From assembly GCA_963710755.1 (NCBI GenBank), contig CAVQBK010000006.1, positions 64,001 through 128,000 of the forward strand: a DNA stretch of 64,000 nt, written 5' to 3'. Shown here piece by piece: positions 39,783 to 51,313 of this stretch. Under the pieces are notes generated by a model. The model worked only from the letters and a program-made list of their open reading frames with translations, searched no databases and was not told the DNA's origin. Source of the stretch: an uncultured bacterium (GTDB lineage: Bacteria > Oederibacteriota > JAAXVQ01 > JAUVAV01). The translations under genes were made by a program, and so were the position numbers. Every line of letters starts with the position of its first letter. Position 1 is the first letter of the stretch.

Positions 39783-40345
39783 TGTTTCACCTCCAAAGCT
39801 ACAGTATCGCTCAAGCGATAAACTGTTACGCTGTCGCCCTCAGTCAAATAAGAACGTTTAGTGATAAGAACCTGGCTTCCTTTCCCAGTTAATGGATTTC
39901 CATCTTGTGGCGCTCGAATTGTGAAAACACGATATTTAAAAACTGCAAAGATTAAGTTCATATAATGTAAATTTAGATGCCAAAACAAGAATAATATAAA
40001 AGCAAGTGCAGTCAATGCTGCTGAAAAATCACGCCAATTGTTGAAATCTGCAGCATAAAAAGGCAAAAGCATTGCAAATAAATAAACCAGTAAATGTTCC
40101 CGGTGATCCTCAGCTTTGCCGATTACTAACTGTTTTGTTTCATTATTTTTTTTTGCCACCAAATATCTTGCCCACAGGAACAAATTAGGCAATATTACCA
40201 ATCCAGTACAGAAACCCAAAAACCAACAATCGGGAATTAAATTGTTTCCACGGATAGCCCAAATAATGAACAAGGGTGATATGCTACTTAACACCATTAA
40301 GAATCTAGCTATTTTTAACCCTTCAACATGTTGTTTCTTGCCCAT
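39779..40345 (-). CDS. kwaA: Kiwa anti-phage membrane protein KwaA
   Basis: Four TM helices; SSISPLF, L.YL...LLP and Y.N..F....YRVF motifs; ATGA overlap with kwaB. Confidence 0.78.
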   Translation of the reverse strand: MGKKQHVEGLKIARFLMVLSSISPLFIIWAIRGNNLIPDCWFLGFCTGLVILPNLFLWARYLVAKKNNETKQLVIGKAEDHREHLLVYLFAMLLPFYAADFNNWRDFSAALTALAFILFLFWHLNLHYMNLIFAVFKYRVFTIRAPQDGNPLTGKGSQVLITKRSYLTEGDSVTVYRLSDTVALEVKQ

Positions 40346-40387
40346 TTAACTCCCCCCAACTGGTCGGCCTCTTTGGGCGTTCGGTCT

Positions 40388-40466
40388 TTCAGTGTGTATT
40401 GGGGACGGGGTCAACCAATTCAACATATGTTAGTCGCCGGAGTCACTTTGACACCTTTAGCCATTT
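40388..40466. repeat. Family B left-end copy
   Basis: TTCAGT..TATTGGGGACGGGGTCAAC..GTCGCCGGAGTCACTTTGACACCTTT matches 37368-37460. Confidence 0.8.
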
Positions 40467-40717
40467 ACACTGCTCCCCAAGGAACATGCATATTGTATAG
40501 GAACGGCATCATTGGATTAAAAGATAACAATGGTGAGCCTGCTCTTATGTTTCTATATTGAAGTAAGGCGACTTGGTTTGGCCACAATGATTTAATAAAA
40601 TGCCGTAACGGCGATGGCCCTTTATCCCTCAATGACGGTTTCACCTGATTATCCTGGATTATTTCGCTTGGTAATATTATGATGGCCGCCATTAATTTAT
40701 GAAAGCAGGGCGGGTTT

Positions 40718-41905
40718 ATGCCGGTTCACCGGACGGTTGCAGCCAACATTTGGAAGTCCTATCTCATCCGCATGCTCTTCTGGATGCATTTTGTGGCTGC
40801 GGTCATTGTGCCTTTTTACACCCAATGGGGCCATCTGCCCTTTTCCCGGATTTTGCTTATCAATGCCTGGTTTATGCTGTGGATGTTTATGTTTGAGGTG
40901 CCCACCGGCACTGTTGCCGACGTTCTGGGGCGCAAGCCGTCCCTGTTCATGGGCGCGGTCATTTCCATTTTGGGCACTTTGGTCTATGTCAGCCGTCCCA
41001 GCTTTTATATTTTCCTGCTGGCCGAGTTGATATTGGCCTGCGGTTATTCCCTGATATCCGGTGCCGAAGAAGCCTTGGCCTACGATTCCCTGCTGATGCT
41101 TAATCGTGAGGCTGAGTCCAAAAAAGTCCTGGCCCGCATGGAATCTTTTAAGCTGACCGGGATTATCATCGGTGCCCTGGCAGGCGGGGTGATCGCCAAA
41201 TACTTTGGCCTGCGCATGCCCATGCTTATGCAAGCCGTGCCGCTGCTGGCTGCGGCTTTACTGATTCTCAGCCTGAAAGAACCGGTCCGTCATGATGGCC
41301 ATAAAAAACCTCCTTACCTCGACCTCTTAAAAGCCGGGTGGCGACAGTTCCGGTCCAACCGGGTCATCCGGATTTTGATGCTGGATATGGTGGCGGTCGG
41401 CGCCTGGGTTTGGCTGATCATCTGGTTTTACCAGCAACTCTTGAAGCTGGCCCATGTGGATATTGTTTGGTTTGGATTGGTGCATACCCTGATGTGCGTG
41501 GCTCAGATCATGGTCCTGGAAAGTGTTCGTAAGCTGGAAACTTTTTTAGGCGGCAAGCGCTCGCTGCTCATGGTCCTGGCTTTGGTGTCCGGGGTAGGCT
41601 TTATTCTTCTCGGATTTCTGAAAAACCCCTGGCTGATAGCCGCGGTTATTGTGGTAACGTCCGGTTTCGGACTGGCCCGGGGGCCGCTTTTTATCAATTA
41701 TCTGAATAAATTCATCTCATCCGATAAGCGGGCAATCATGCTCTCCATGGTGTCCATGCTGCGCACCCTGACCATTGTGATGGTCAATATCCTGGCTGGT
41801 CTGGCCGCGGATCATTCCATCACGCTGACCATGGTGGGCGTTGGGGTCGCGATCATTGTTCTGGTGACTGTTTCCAAAGTGAGAGAAGATCATTTGTTGG
41901 ATTAG
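40718..41905 (+). CDS. MFS transporter
   Basis: EVPTG.VAD.LGRK and SGA.EAL.YDSL motifs; about 12 TM helices. Confidence 0.9.
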   Translation: MPVHRTVAANIWKSYLIRMLFWMHFVAAVIVPFYTQWGHLPFSRILLINAWFMLWMFMFEVPTGTVADVLGRKPSLFMGAVISILGTLVYVSRPSFYIFLLAELILACGYSLISGAEEALAYDSLLMLNREAESKKVLARMESFKLTGIIIGALAGGVIAKYFGLRMPMLMQAVPLLAAALLILSLKEPVRHDGHKKPPYLDLLKAGWRQFRSNRVIRILMLDMVAVGAWVWLIIWFYQQLLKLAHVDIVWFGLVHTLMCVAQIMVLESVRKLETFLGGKRSLLMVLALVSGVGFILLGFLKNPWLIAAVIVVTSGFGLARGPLFINYLNKFISSDKRAIMLSMVSMLRTLTIVMVNILAGLAADHSITLTMVGVGVAIIVLVTVSKVREDHLLD

Positions 41906-42075
41906 GGGCACGGAGCCTGTGACCATGGGAGGGGCGACTGTTTTTGAACCAGCTTTCCCTGTATCCGCCTGCTTGCGGGAACTGTTCTTCCCGTGGGCGC
42001 AGTTGCCGGTCCAGGAGGCCGTTGGTGGGGTGAGTCAGGCTGATGGCAGGGCTGGCCGGAGATGTGCGGGAGCGA

Positions 42076-43986
42076 TTAATTCTCCCCCGTCAATTTACGG
42101 ATGGCTTCCAGTTTGATGCGGGCCCGTTTGATGTTGACCTTGGCATCGTCATTGTCCGGATCAAGTTTGACCACTTTTTCCCACTCCGCAATGGCTTCCT
42201 CGATTTTGCCGTTCACGTAATAGTCCACCCCTTGATAGTAGGTGGCTTTAATGCGCTCCGCGGCCACCTTGGCTTGCGAACTGGCGCCGGTCAGTTTCAT
42301 AATGTACTGGTTGGCTTCCCGCTGTTGCGGATCATAATCCAGCACCCTATCAAAGTATTGCTTGGCCTCGGCCGTATTGCCCTGATTAAAGGCTTTTTTA
42401 CCTCGTGTCAGGTTGATGTCAATAGCGTCCTTGCGGCCGGCATTGGCCTTGGTCAAGAGCAGGAGCACCGATTTTTCTTGCCGTTTATTGTTAATCTTTT
42501 GGGCCAGCGTCAATAGCTGGCTCAGATTTTTCACGGCCCGGTTATAAGCGTGTTGGGCAATATCCGCCCTGGCCTTGGCCTTATCTCTGGCCATCTTTCT
42601 GGCCAGCACTTTTCCCAAATTGGCCATGGCGGTCTTGGCCGGAGTATAACCGGCTTTCAGCTTGAGGGCCCGGTCATAATAATCAATGGCTTCAAAATAA
42701 TCCCCGTTGGCCTGCGCAGCTTTGCCGGCCTTAACTTGTTTGGCCAAAAATCCGGCCATCTTGGCTTTGGTTTTCTCCAAGCCCTGTTTAGCCCTCAAAG
42801 AGGTCACGTTCAATTGCAGGGCCTGTTCATATAGCTGATAGGCATTTTCCAACATTCCTTTTTTGGAAAACCTGTCCGCTTCATCCAGATATTGAACGAG
42901 CAATTTGGCTTGTTTCTGTTTCGAATCCTGCAAATAAACCTGCGCCTTATGCTGCGTGGGATCAATAGCCAATACCTTTTCAAATTCAGCCATCGCTTCC
43001 GAGAGTTTCTCCTGGGCCAGATAAGTGGTGCCCTGCTGCAAATGGGTTTCAATGCCCAGTTGCTGTGATTGGCCCAACAGATTGAAGGCTTCCCCGTCTT
43101 TGGGATTTAATTCAATTACTTTTTTCAGGGAAGCAATGGCTAAATCGTAACGGGTTTGCAGGAAGTAGGCCATGCCCAGATTAAAATGTGCTTCCGCCAG
43201 ATCAGGTTTAACGGCAATGGCGCGCTTATAAGCGGCTTCCATTTTATCGTACTGCTTTTTCTTGAAATAATTCAGTCCCAAAAGGTAATTGGCTTGAAAG
43301 TGATCCGGATCAAGCTTGACCAGTTTTTCCAGATAAGTAATAGCATGATCCGCATCATTCTGCTGATGGTAAATGAGGGCAATATTGGCCAGGGCATCCT
43401 CGCCTTGAGGATTGATGGCCAAGGCTTGTTGATAGGCGGCCACGGCATCATCATTTTTTTTAGTCTGGGCATACAACCGCCCCAGCTGCAGGTAGGTATC
43501 GTAAAGGTTGTCACGCTGATTGGGTTTGTTTTTGCCGGCTTCGGCGGCCAGGGCCAGGGTCTCGATGGCTTTGTCTTCGCGACGATCGTCCCTATAAGCC
43601 GTGCCCAGCAAATAAAGCGTTTCAAAATCATTGGGCATGACCTTGATGCTTTTCTCAAAGGCATTGATCGCCTTGCCGGGGTCGTGCAGGCTAGAGAGAT
43701 AAAGGCTGCCCAAAATCTGATACGCCAGACCATCTACTTGGCCATGGGCCGCCCGGTCCCCGCGGTTGAGGTTGACACTTTTTTCCAGCATTTGCCTGGC
43801 TTCGTCCAGATGGCCTTGTTGATAAAGGGAGAGTCCCAGATTGTAGTGGGCAATCACATCATTGGGATTGGCGGCCACGGCCTGACGATACGATTTAATG
43901 ATAGGGTTTTCATCAGCTTTAAGCCCAGCCGGCAGAGCCAGCAGGGTGGCCACAATCAAGACATACCAGGATAACAGCGGTTTCAT
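42076..43986 (-). CDS. Exported TPR repeat protein
   Basis: Signal peptide followed by many TPR units. Confidence 0.85.
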   Translation of the reverse strand: MKPLLSWYVLIVATLLALPAGLKADENPIIKSYRQAVAANPNDVIAHYNLGLSLYQQGHLDEARQMLEKSVNLNRGDRAAHGQVDGLAYQILGSLYLSSLHDPGKAINAFEKSIKVMPNDFETLYLLGTAYRDDRREDKAIETLALAAEAGKNKPNQRDNLYDTYLQLGRLYAQTKKNDDAVAAYQQALAINPQGEDALANIALIYHQQNDADHAITYLEKLVKLDPDHFQANYLLGLNYFKKKQYDKMEAAYKRAIAVKPDLAEAHFNLGMAYFLQTRYDLAIASLKKVIELNPKDGEAFNLLGQSQQLGIETHLQQGTTYLAQEKLSEAMAEFEKVLAIDPTQHKAQVYLQDSKQKQAKLLVQYLDEADRFSKKGMLENAYQLYEQALQLNVTSLRAKQGLEKTKAKMAGFLAKQVKAGKAAQANGDYFEAIDYYDRALKLKAGYTPAKTAMANLGKVLARKMARDKAKARADIAQHAYNRAVKNLSQLLTLAQKINNKRQEKSVLLLLTKANAGRKDAIDINLTRGKKAFNQGNTAEAKQYFDRVLDYDPQQREANQYIMKLTGASSQAKVAAERIKATYYQGVDYYVNGKIEEAIAEWEKVVKLDPDNDDAKVNIKRARIKLEAIRKLTGEN

Positions 43987-43998
43987 GTGAGATAACTC

Positions 43999-45024
43999 CT
44001 ATCTTATAGTGAGCCCGGCTTTGTGCTTGCCGTGATCAGTGGATAAAACCAGGTCATAGCGGCCCGGTTGGGGCTGCTTGCCCATCAGGCCTTGGCCGCT
44101 CCAGGCAACCGTATTGAGCCCTGCTGAAAAATAACCTTTGCTGACAATGTCAAACAAGGTTTGACGATGACTGACCACTGATAACTCCACCTTCCCTGCC
44201 TGGGGCAAGGTGAAGTAAATGATTAGATGATCATCCTTGCCTGGTGTATACACTTTGGCGGCAGGCAGCAGCACCGTGTCCTGGGGCGGCAGAGGTAAAT
44301 AGCTGAGCTTCAGATCATCCAGATAGGCCTGGGTTTTATAAGTAAATACCCCTATTTTCCCGGCGCCCATTCCCGCATCATTGGTCACCCGTACTTCCTT
44401 GCCATTAAGCCCTACCGTTATGCGATCCCCATAGCACCCAATGCTCAGGGTATGCCATTGATCGGGCTTGGAGCCTATGGGCAGAATGAACAGAACCTCT
44501 TCCCCGGCAGGGGGACGTTTGCCTGTGACGCCGGCCACGCTCACCGGTGGCGCTTTCCCGGAGACAGACGGACGGGCGTCGTAACGGATGAGCGCAATAT
44601 TGGCCGCGGTCAGCCGGCATTTATAATAATGCTGATCATCACGACGGCGAAAAATCACGCCCATCTGCCAATTTTTAGTTTTGTGATCAAAGGTGTCGGC
44701 CCTCAGACGCACCGAAAATTCAAAATTGGCGTAGTCCGCCCGGCTGAGCAGCATTTGGGTGCTGCGGCGCAGCTCTTTTTGCCGGAGGACTTTATTGACC
44801 GGCTGTTGCGGTTCTTTGGTGATCTGCCAGTCTCCGCTTGCGGATTGCCAACCCATGGGCAATGCTTTGCCCTCCAGACGTTGCATGGTCCATTTTTTCC
44901 GGATAGGGTTGGTTAGATCATGACCCGGCTTGGACCCTTTTTGGGCGTGCGTTTCCTGTATCCACAATCCCGTGCTCACGGCCATCAAGGTCAAAACCAA
45001 TAAATATTTTCCTGCCAGCTTCAT
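43999..45024 (-). CDS. DUF1080/LamG-like domain + FlgD-Ig CTD protein
   Basis: Signal peptide; NFEFSV..W..L...G..I.V.LNG..GKIG jelly-roll pattern; C-terminal WSG..PGRY. Confidence 0.65.
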   Translation of the reverse strand: MKLAGKYLLVLTLMAVSTGLWIQETHAQKGSKPGHDLTNPIRKKWTMQRLEGKALPMGWQSASGDWQITKEPQQPVNKVLRQKELRRSTQMLLSRADYANFEFSVRLRADTFDHKTKNWQMGVIFRRRDDQHYYKCRLTAANIALIRYDARPSVSGKAPPVSVAGVTGKRPPAGEEVLFILPIGSKPDQWHTLSIGCYGDRITVGLNGKEVRVTNDAGMGAGKIGVFTYKTQAYLDDLKLSYLPLPPQDTVLLPAAKVYTPGKDDHLIIYFTLPQAGKVELSVVSHRQTLFDIVSKGYFSAGLNTVAWSGQGLMGKQPQPGRYDLVLSTDHGKHKAGLTIR

Positions 45025-45094
45025 AATTCACTCCTATGGTGACATTGGTTGCGTTAGTGGTGCCTTCCCAGGTGACGGCTTCACCGGGCGGCTT

Positions 45095-46147
45095 TTATTT
45101 GATCCGGTTGCGCCGGTAATTCATAATATCCGCACCATAGCCGGACCAGGGCTTGCCCAATAACCGTCCGGCAAATTGGAAGTCTTGTATGGCCTGGGCG
45201 TATTCCCCGTTTTTCTCCCTTAAGATGCCCAGATTGGCCACCGCCTCCGGACGGTTGCGGTCAAGATTGAACGCCTCCAGCCACCATTGTCCGGCCGCCT
45301 TCAGATCGCCTTTGGCCGCTGCGTCATTGCCCTGGCGTATTAACTGGTCGTATTTGGCCGGGCCCGTGGCCATGGCCAGTTGCCGGTCACGCAGGACGGT
45401 GTCCTGGAACAGGGGTTGAAACAGGCTCTGCGCCAATGTGTCCAGGGCCAGCTGGGAAGCTTGCTGATCATTCATCCAATAGCCCTGCGCACCTTGCTCC
45501 TCGTCCCATTGGCCATGGTAAGCGCGGGCCAGACTCGCCTCTCTTTCCCATAAGAGGGCTCCAGTGCGGGCATCCACAATACGGGCTTTGACCCGGACCT
45601 GCACCTGGCGGGAAACCGTGGTCACTGGAATCTGTTGATAGACAGGTTCATAGGTGACCACAACGCGGGTATTGCCGGCGCTGTCCACCAGCTTTTGTTC
45701 CACCGACTTTTCCCCGATTTTGCGGCGGCGATAGCTATAACGGGTATCTTTATCCATCTTCAGGTCACTGAGGTCACCGAAACAGAAAGCATCCGTATGG
45801 ATATGATCGGCAACGAATTGCAATGTCCTTAAGTCCTGGAACTGGCTTGGTCTTAGCCGGGCTTCGCGGATGAACATGCGGACAGATTCCGGGTCATTGA
45901 GGGCATACTGGCCGTCCTTTTCAAAAAGACGGCGGGCAGCCTGGGTAAACACCACACCCGTGTTGCGCTCACCCAGTTCCGTAGTGAAATCGAGAATGGC
46001 TATTTTTTGAATGTCCTTTAATTCCACCTGGCTGGGTCGCGGCTGCTGCAAACGCATCACCACCGTGGTCATACTGCATCCGGCCAGAGGCACGACCAGG
46101 GCCAGAGCAAGCCTGACTAATCCTTTTTGAAAGCTAAAACGTAGCAT
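45095..46147 (-). CDS. Lipoprotein, CsgG/TolB-N-like fold with C-terminal TPR
   Basis: Lipobox LAGC; IAILDF and IVDARTG.LLW motifs; TPR. Confidence 0.6.
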   Translation of the reverse strand: MLRFSFQKGLVRLALALVVPLAGCSMTTVVMRLQQPRPSQVELKDIQKIAILDFTTELGERNTGVVFTQAARRLFEKDGQYALNDPESVRMFIREARLRPSQFQDLRTLQFVADHIHTDAFCFGDLSDLKMDKDTRYSYRRRKIGEKSVEQKLVDSAGNTRVVVTYEPVYQQIPVTTVSRQVQVRVKARIVDARTGALLWEREASLARAYHGQWDEEQGAQGYWMNDQQASQLALDTLAQSLFQPLFQDTVLRDRQLAMATGPAKYDQLIRQGNDAAAKGDLKAAGQWWLEAFNLDRNRPEAVANLGILREKNGEYAQAIQDFQFAGRLLGKPWSGYGADIMNYRRNRIK

Positions 46148-46248
46148 AAAAATACCTTGACCCGTGTTATCCAAATAAAAGTATGGTACATAAAAATAAA
46201 TTTTACTTGTAGGGGCTCAACCGGTGGAGTCCCTGCAGAATCTCCGGC

Positions 46249-48081
46249 TCAGGATAGGACTTTTTTTAAATGCCGGTGGATAGCCAGTGCCAAGGCTTTA
46301 TCTATACCGGCAATAGTTTGCAAGCCTTCAATACTGGTATTCAATATGGCTTCCACGCTGCCGCATTGCTGCAAGAGTCTGCGTTTTTTAACCGGGCCCA
46401 GACCTTCGATCTGGTCCAGAACCGAAGCCTGCAACCGTTTGGATCTTAATTTGCGGTGATAGGTGATGGCAAAGCGGTGGGCTTCATCACGCAGCCTGGT
46501 CAGCAAGCCGATCGTGGGCGAGGTCATGGCCAGTTGCAGGGGCTCCATTTGCCCGGGCTGATAGATCTCTTCGTGTTTTTTGGCCAGGCCGATCATGGAA
46601 ATATGGGTTAAGCCCAATTCCTGCAGCACCTGCAACCCGGCGGAAAGTTGACCTGCACCACCGTCCACCACCACCAGATCAGGGACCTTGGCCCCTTCTT
46701 CCTGCAGGCGTTTAAAGCGCCGGAAGAGCATCTCCTGCATCATGGCAAAGTCGTTGGGTCCGCTAATGGAGTTGATTTTATAACGCCGGTATTCCTGCTT
46801 GTCGGGCAAGCCGTTGGTAAACACCACCCTTGATCCGACGGCATCCTGACCGCTAATGTTGGAGATGTCATAGCCTTCAATACGCACCGGCAGTTGCTCC
46901 AGAGAGAGTCGTTTTTTTACATCCTCCAGCACCTGACGCGATTCCTCGCTCAACCCTTCACTCCAGGTCTCATCCTGGTGTTTGAGATAGAGCCAGGCAT
47001 TGGTATCCGCCATGGCCAGCAGCCGCTGTTCCTCGTCATTTTCCGGTTGCCGTATAACCACCGGGCTTTCCTTCTTGGTCTCCAGCCATTTTAAGAGCAG
47101 CGGTTTATCGGCCGGGTCGCCGCGCAGGATGATCGTGGCTGGAATGTCCACGGGTTGGGCATAATATTGGGTGATCACCTGTGCATGCAGTTCGCTCTCC
47201 GAACTGAGCCCCACATGCTGCAGGCTGAAATTGCGGCGCCCTTCCAGATTACCCGCCCGTACATGGAACAACTCCACTGCGGCATGCTGCCCGCTTCGGG
47301 CCAGCGCCAGGAAATCTTTATTCTGAAAATCAGCGGACCGTACGGAAGGCAGGTTGCGGACTCTGGCAAAATGCTCCAATTGATCGCGGTAAGCAGCTGC
47401 AGCTTCAAAGTCTTCCCGGGCGGCCGCCTCGTTCATCTTGCGCTTCAGCTTCGGGGTGATGGAATCTTTGCGGCCTTCCATAAAATCCATTAAGCCCCGG
47501 ATCTGTTTACGGTAATCCTGGAGGGAAACCAATCCCAAACAGGCCCCGGTGCAGCGTTTCATTTGATAATAAAGGCAGGCTCGTTTATTTTTCGGCGGTC
47601 CCTGCAGCGGTATCTTCTTGGGACAAAGGCCAAAAGCCAGGACCAGTTCGCGCGCCACCAACTTGGCCGGCAGGCCCACATAGGGGCCGTAATAATGGCC
47701 CTGGTCCACATAGGGTTTTCTGGTCACCACCAGCCGTGGATAGTACTCATCTTGCGTAATTTTAAGATAGGGGTAACTTTTATCATCACGCATGAGTACG
47801 TTGTATTTGGGCCGGTGCTTTTTAATCAGGGTATATTCCAGCATGAGCGCTTCGATTTCCGAATCCGTCACCATGAATTCAACCCTGGCTATTTTGGTGA
47901 CCATGGCCCTGGTTTTGGGATCCAGACTGTCCAGAGGCCGTCGATAGGAGCTAAGCCGGTTTTTGAGGGTAATGGCCTTACCCACATAAATGATTTCATC
48001 TTTGGCGTCGTGCATCAGGTAAACGCCCGGTGCTTCCGGCGGATTGGAAGCCTTTATGATCGCATCTGCAGGATTAATCAT
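46249..48081 (-). CDS. uvrC: Excinuclease ABC subunit C
   Basis: [32 protein letters not shown] and HhH motifs. Confidence 0.97.
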   Translation of the reverse strand: MINPADAIIKASNPPEAPGVYLMHDAKDEIIYVGKAITLKNRLSSYRRPLDSLDPKTRAMVTKIARVEFMVTDSEIEALMLEYTLIKKHRPKYNVLMRDDKSYPYLKITQDEYYPRLVVTRKPYVDQGHYYGPYVGLPAKLVARELVLAFGLCPKKIPLQGPPKNKRACLYYQMKRCTGACLGLVSLQDYRKQIRGLMDFMEGRKDSITPKLKRKMNEAAAREDFEAAAAYRDQLEHFARVRNLPSVRSADFQNKDFLALARSGQHAAVELFHVRAGNLEGRRNFSLQHVGLSSESELHAQVITQYYAQPVDIPATIILRGDPADKPLLLKWLETKKESPVVIRQPENDEEQRLLAMADTNAWLYLKHQDETWSEGLSEESRQVLEDVKKRLSLEQLPVRIEGYDISNISGQDAVGSRVVFTNGLPDKQEYRRYKINSISGPNDFAMMQEMLFRRFKRLQEEGAKVPDLVVVDGGAGQLSAGLQVLQELGLTHISMIGLAKKHEEIYQPGQMEPLQLAMTSPTIGLLTRLRDEAHRFAITYHRKLRSKRLQASVLDQIEGLGPVKKRRLLQQCGSVEAILNTSIEGLQTIAGIDKALALAIHRHLKKVLS

Positions 48082-50156
48082 TCCCTTCCCATTCTGCGTG
48101 CCACCCGTTTCTCCACGCTCCTGGAAACCTTACGCCGCGGTTTCTTCCTGCTCTTGATCTCCGGCATGGTTGCACGCCCCGGGTTTAGACCGCGCAGATA
48201 ATGGAGTTGATCGCGCAGCTCGGCCGCTTTTTCAAAATCCAGGTCCTTGGCGGCCTGCTTCATGGCCCGCTCTAAAGCCATAATACGGCGAGGCACTTCT
48301 TCGGGCAGGAGGTATTCGCCCTGCGCCTCGGCCGCGGTGGGAATGGTGAAGTAGTCGTGTTCGTAGATGCTCTCCAGCACCGGTTTGATGTCCTTTTTGA
48401 TGCTTTCCGGCGTGATATGATGGGCCTGATTATAAGCTAATTGATGTTCCCGGCGACGGTTGGTCTCGGAAATGGCGTATTCCAGGGATTTGGTCATATG
48501 ATCAGCGTAAAGAATTACCTGGCCGTTGACATGACGGGCCGCACGGCCAATGGTCTGGATTAGCGACGTGTTGGAGCGCAAAAACCCTTCTTTGTCCGCG
48601 TCCAGAATAGTCACCAGCGAGACTTCCGGTAAATCCAGGCCCTCCCGCAGCAGGTTAATGCCCACCAGGCAGTCAATCTCCCCCTCACGCAGGGACCGGA
48701 TGATTTGAATCCGCTGCAGCGTGTCAATATCGGAGTGCATATAACCCACTTTAATGCCCACTTCAGCCAGATATTTGCTTAAATCTTCGGCCATGCGTTT
48801 GGTCAGGGTGGTGACCAGTACCCGTTCCTGCAGGGCCACCCTTTTTTTGATCTCACCAATGAGGTGGTCCACCTGGCTTTTGGCCGGTTGAACGATGATT
48901 TCCGGATCAATTAAACCGGTAGGCCGGATGAGTTGTTCCACCACCTGATGCCGGCAGCGGGCTAACTCATAAGGTCCGGGCGTGGCGGAGACATAGAGCA
49001 CTTGCTTAACCCGCTGTTCAAATTCGTCAAAATTGAGAGGCCGGTTGTCATACGCCGAGGGCAACCGGAAACCGTAATTGATCAGATTTTTTTTGCGGGC
49101 CCGATCACCATTGTACATGGCCCGCAGTTGCGGTATGGTGACATGGGATTCATCAATGACCACCAAGCTGTCCTGGGGAAAGTAATCGAGCAGGGTGTAG
49201 GGTGGTTCGCCGGGTTTGCGCCCTTCCATATGGCGCGAATAATTTTCAATGCCCTGACAATAGCCCAGTTCCTGGATCATTTCGATGTCAAAAGCCGTTC
49301 GCCGTCTTAACCTTTCGGCTTCCAACACCTGCCCCGATTTTTCCATGACCGGAATCACGTCCTCCAATTCTTTACGGATGGAGGCTATGGCCAGCGTGAG
49401 TTTGTCCTGGGGCACAACATAATGCCGGGCCGGATAAATGTTAAGTCGATCCAGTTGGGCCTTGACTTTGCCGGTGATATTATCAATACGGGCGATTTTT
49501 TCCAGGGTGTTGCCAAAGAAATCCAGGCGGTAGGCATCCTCTTCATAAGCCGGATGAATTTCGATAACATCGCCTTTGACCCGAAAGCGGCCGCGGAAGA
49601 AATCCACATCGCCCCGTTCATACTGCATTTCCACCAACTGGGCCAGCAAGGCGTCCTGGCTCCAATCGCGGCCTGTTTCCAAGGCCAGGTACATGCCCTT
49701 GAAATTTTCAGGCGATCCCAAGCCATAGATACAAGAGACGGAGGCCACGACAATAGTGTCGCGCCGTTCCATCAGCGCATAAGTGGCTTCCAAGCGCAGA
49801 CGGTCCAGTTCCTCATTGATGGAAGCGTCCTTCTCAATGTAGGTGTCCGGACCGGGCAGATAAGCCTCCGGTTGGTAATAGTCATAGTAAGAAACAAAGT
49901 AACGGACAGCATTATTGGGAAAAAATTCCTTAAATTCCCCGTAGAGCTGGGCTGCCAGGGTTTTATTATGAGAGATCACCAAGGTAGGCCGCTGCAGCTC
50001 CTGAATCAGATTGGCGATGGTAAACGTTTTGCCCGAGCCTGTGACCCCGAGCAAGGTAGAGGCCCGCTCCCCGCTTTTAATGCGGTCCGCCAGCGCGTGG
50101 ATAGCCTGGGGCTGGTCACCATTGGGTTTAAAGGTAGAGTTCAGTTCAAAATTCAT
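48078..50156 (-). CDS. uvrB: Excinuclease ABC subunit B
   Basis: [18 protein letters not shown] and DESH motifs. Confidence 0.98.
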   Translation of the reverse strand: MNFELNSTFKPNGDQPQAIHALADRIKSGERASTLLGVTGSGKTFTIANLIQELQRPTLVISHNKTLAAQLYGEFKEFFPNNAVRYFVSYYDYYQPEAYLPGPDTYIEKDASINEELDRLRLEATYALMERRDTIVVASVSCIYGLGSPENFKGMYLALETGRDWSQDALLAQLVEMQYERGDVDFFRGRFRVKGDVIEIHPAYEEDAYRLDFFGNTLEKIARIDNITGKVKAQLDRLNIYPARHYVVPQDKLTLAIASIRKELEDVIPVMEKSGQVLEAERLRRRTAFDIEMIQELGYCQGIENYSRHMEGRKPGEPPYTLLDYFPQDSLVVIDESHVTIPQLRAMYNGDRARKKNLINYGFRLPSAYDNRPLNFDEFEQRVKQVLYVSATPGPYELARCRHQVVEQLIRPTGLIDPEIIVQPAKSQVDHLIGEIKKRVALQERVLVTTLTKRMAEDLSKYLAEVGIKVGYMHSDIDTLQRIQIIRSLREGEIDCLVGINLLREGLDLPEVSLVTILDADKEGFLRSNTSLIQTIGRAARHVNGQVILYADHMTKSLEYAISETNRRREHQLAYNQAHHITPESIKKDIKPVLESIYEHDYFTIPTAAEAQGEYLLPEEVPRRIMALERAMKQAAKDLDFEKAAELRDQLHYLRGLNPGRATMPEIKSRKKPRRKVSRSVEKRVARRMGRE

Positions 50157-50158
50157 AA

Positions 50159-51313
50159 TTAGCCAATATTTTTCTTGTCATAAATTTTCTTTAATAATTT
50201 TCGCACTTCTTTATGCACGGGATCAATTTCCAAGACCCGTTGGCAGATGCGCAAGGCTTCCACCAGCATATGCTGGTTAATATACATTTGGGCCTGAGTC
50301 ATTAGTATTTGCAGATCCTTTTCCTCATCTTCCTGCGGCCCGGAAGGCATGCGCTCAACCGTTTCTTGGTTGTGCTCACTATTTTGAGACCCCAGTTTTT
50401 CCCGTTCGCGCCGGTCCTGAACCGCCTGTCGCAGGCGCGCTTCGGCCCGGCGCCGCAGCTCTTCCATCTCATTGAAGGTGGTGCTCAAATCCGTTTTGGG
50501 TATTTCTTTTTTGACACTTGCAGGTTGGCTGGGGGCAAAGGGCCCGGCCGGCGTCGAGGCCGCCTGCGGCGGGGCCGGTGACGCTGACTCAGCCGTCGTT
50601 TCACGGGTTAGTTCGCGATATAGAGCGTTGAGTTTGTTTTTGATGCGCTGATCATCGGGCTGGAAACGCAGAATGGTCAGATAGGTTTCAATAGCTTCGT
50701 CCCAGGATCGTTGGGTTTCGTACCGCTCCGCCATGCGGGCTAAATTACCGACCAATTCTTCATTGCTCTGCGGTTCGACAGACTCCGTTTTTTTTATAGC
50801 CACGAATCCTCTGGGCTGTGGTTTTTGATTATCCAAGGGTTGACTGCGCACCAGCAGTTCGATTTCTTCCAGTTTGCTTTCCACTGATTCCATTTCCGGA
50901 ACTTTAAAGGATAATTTCCGGCAATAATCAAGTGCGGTTTCCAGATCCCCACTGTGGATCAGGCCTTCTATGGTTTCCAGCCTTATGTCCACCAACTCGC
51001 CGATTTTCAGTTTGGCCTCGCCATGGTTCTGGTTTTGCTTTAAGACTTGTTTGTAAGCATGAATGGCTTTTTCGATGTTGTTGGTGGCGTAGAGCAAATT
51101 GGCGGCTTTCAAATATTCACTCACCGCCTTGCTTTTATCCCCTTTACGCAGATAAATTTCCGCCATCATGTTGTGCACCAGGAAATCCATGGGATCGATC
51201 AAGGCCAGTTTTTCATACTCCGAAAGGGCCAGATCCCACTTGCCGTCCTGGAAATAATTGTAGGCCACTTTGACAATAATGCGCTTTTCATCTTGGTCGG
51301 ACATGGAGGTCAC
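50159..51313 (-). CDS. Cytoplasmic TPR protein
   Basis: TPR units separated by low-complexity linkers. Confidence 0.75.
   Translation of the reverse strand: MTSMSDQDEKRIIVKVAYNYFQDGKWDLALSEYEKLALIDPMDFLVHNMMAEIYLRKGDKSKAVSEYLKAANLLYATNNIEKAIHAYKQVLKQNQNHGEAKLKIGELVDIRLETIEGLIHSGDLETALDYCRKLSFKVPEMESVESKLEEIELLVRSQPLDNQKPQPRGFVAIKKTESVEPQSNEELVGNLARMAERYETQRSWDEAIETYLTILRFQPDDQRIKNKLNALYRELTRETTAESASPAPPQAASTPAGPFAPSQPASVKKEIPKTDLSTTFNEMEELRRRAEARLRQAVQDRREREKLGSQNSEHNQETVERMPSGPQEDEEKDLQILMTQAQMYINQHMLVEALRICQRVLEIDPVHKEVRKLLKKIYDKKNIG

Larger units (their letters stand above)
24449..40669. mobile_element. Accessory/defence genomic island bracketed by a 27-bp direct repeat
   Basis: ACCTGATTATCCTGGATTATTTCGCTT identical at 24449-24475 and 40643-40669; AT-richer content; defence genes, repeats and pseudogenes; no integrase seen. 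Confidence 0.65.

Noticed and set aside
24449-40669. CRISPR array or classical integron
   Set aside because: There are no short regularly spaced repeats, no cas or intI gene, and no recognisable attC R-box structure.
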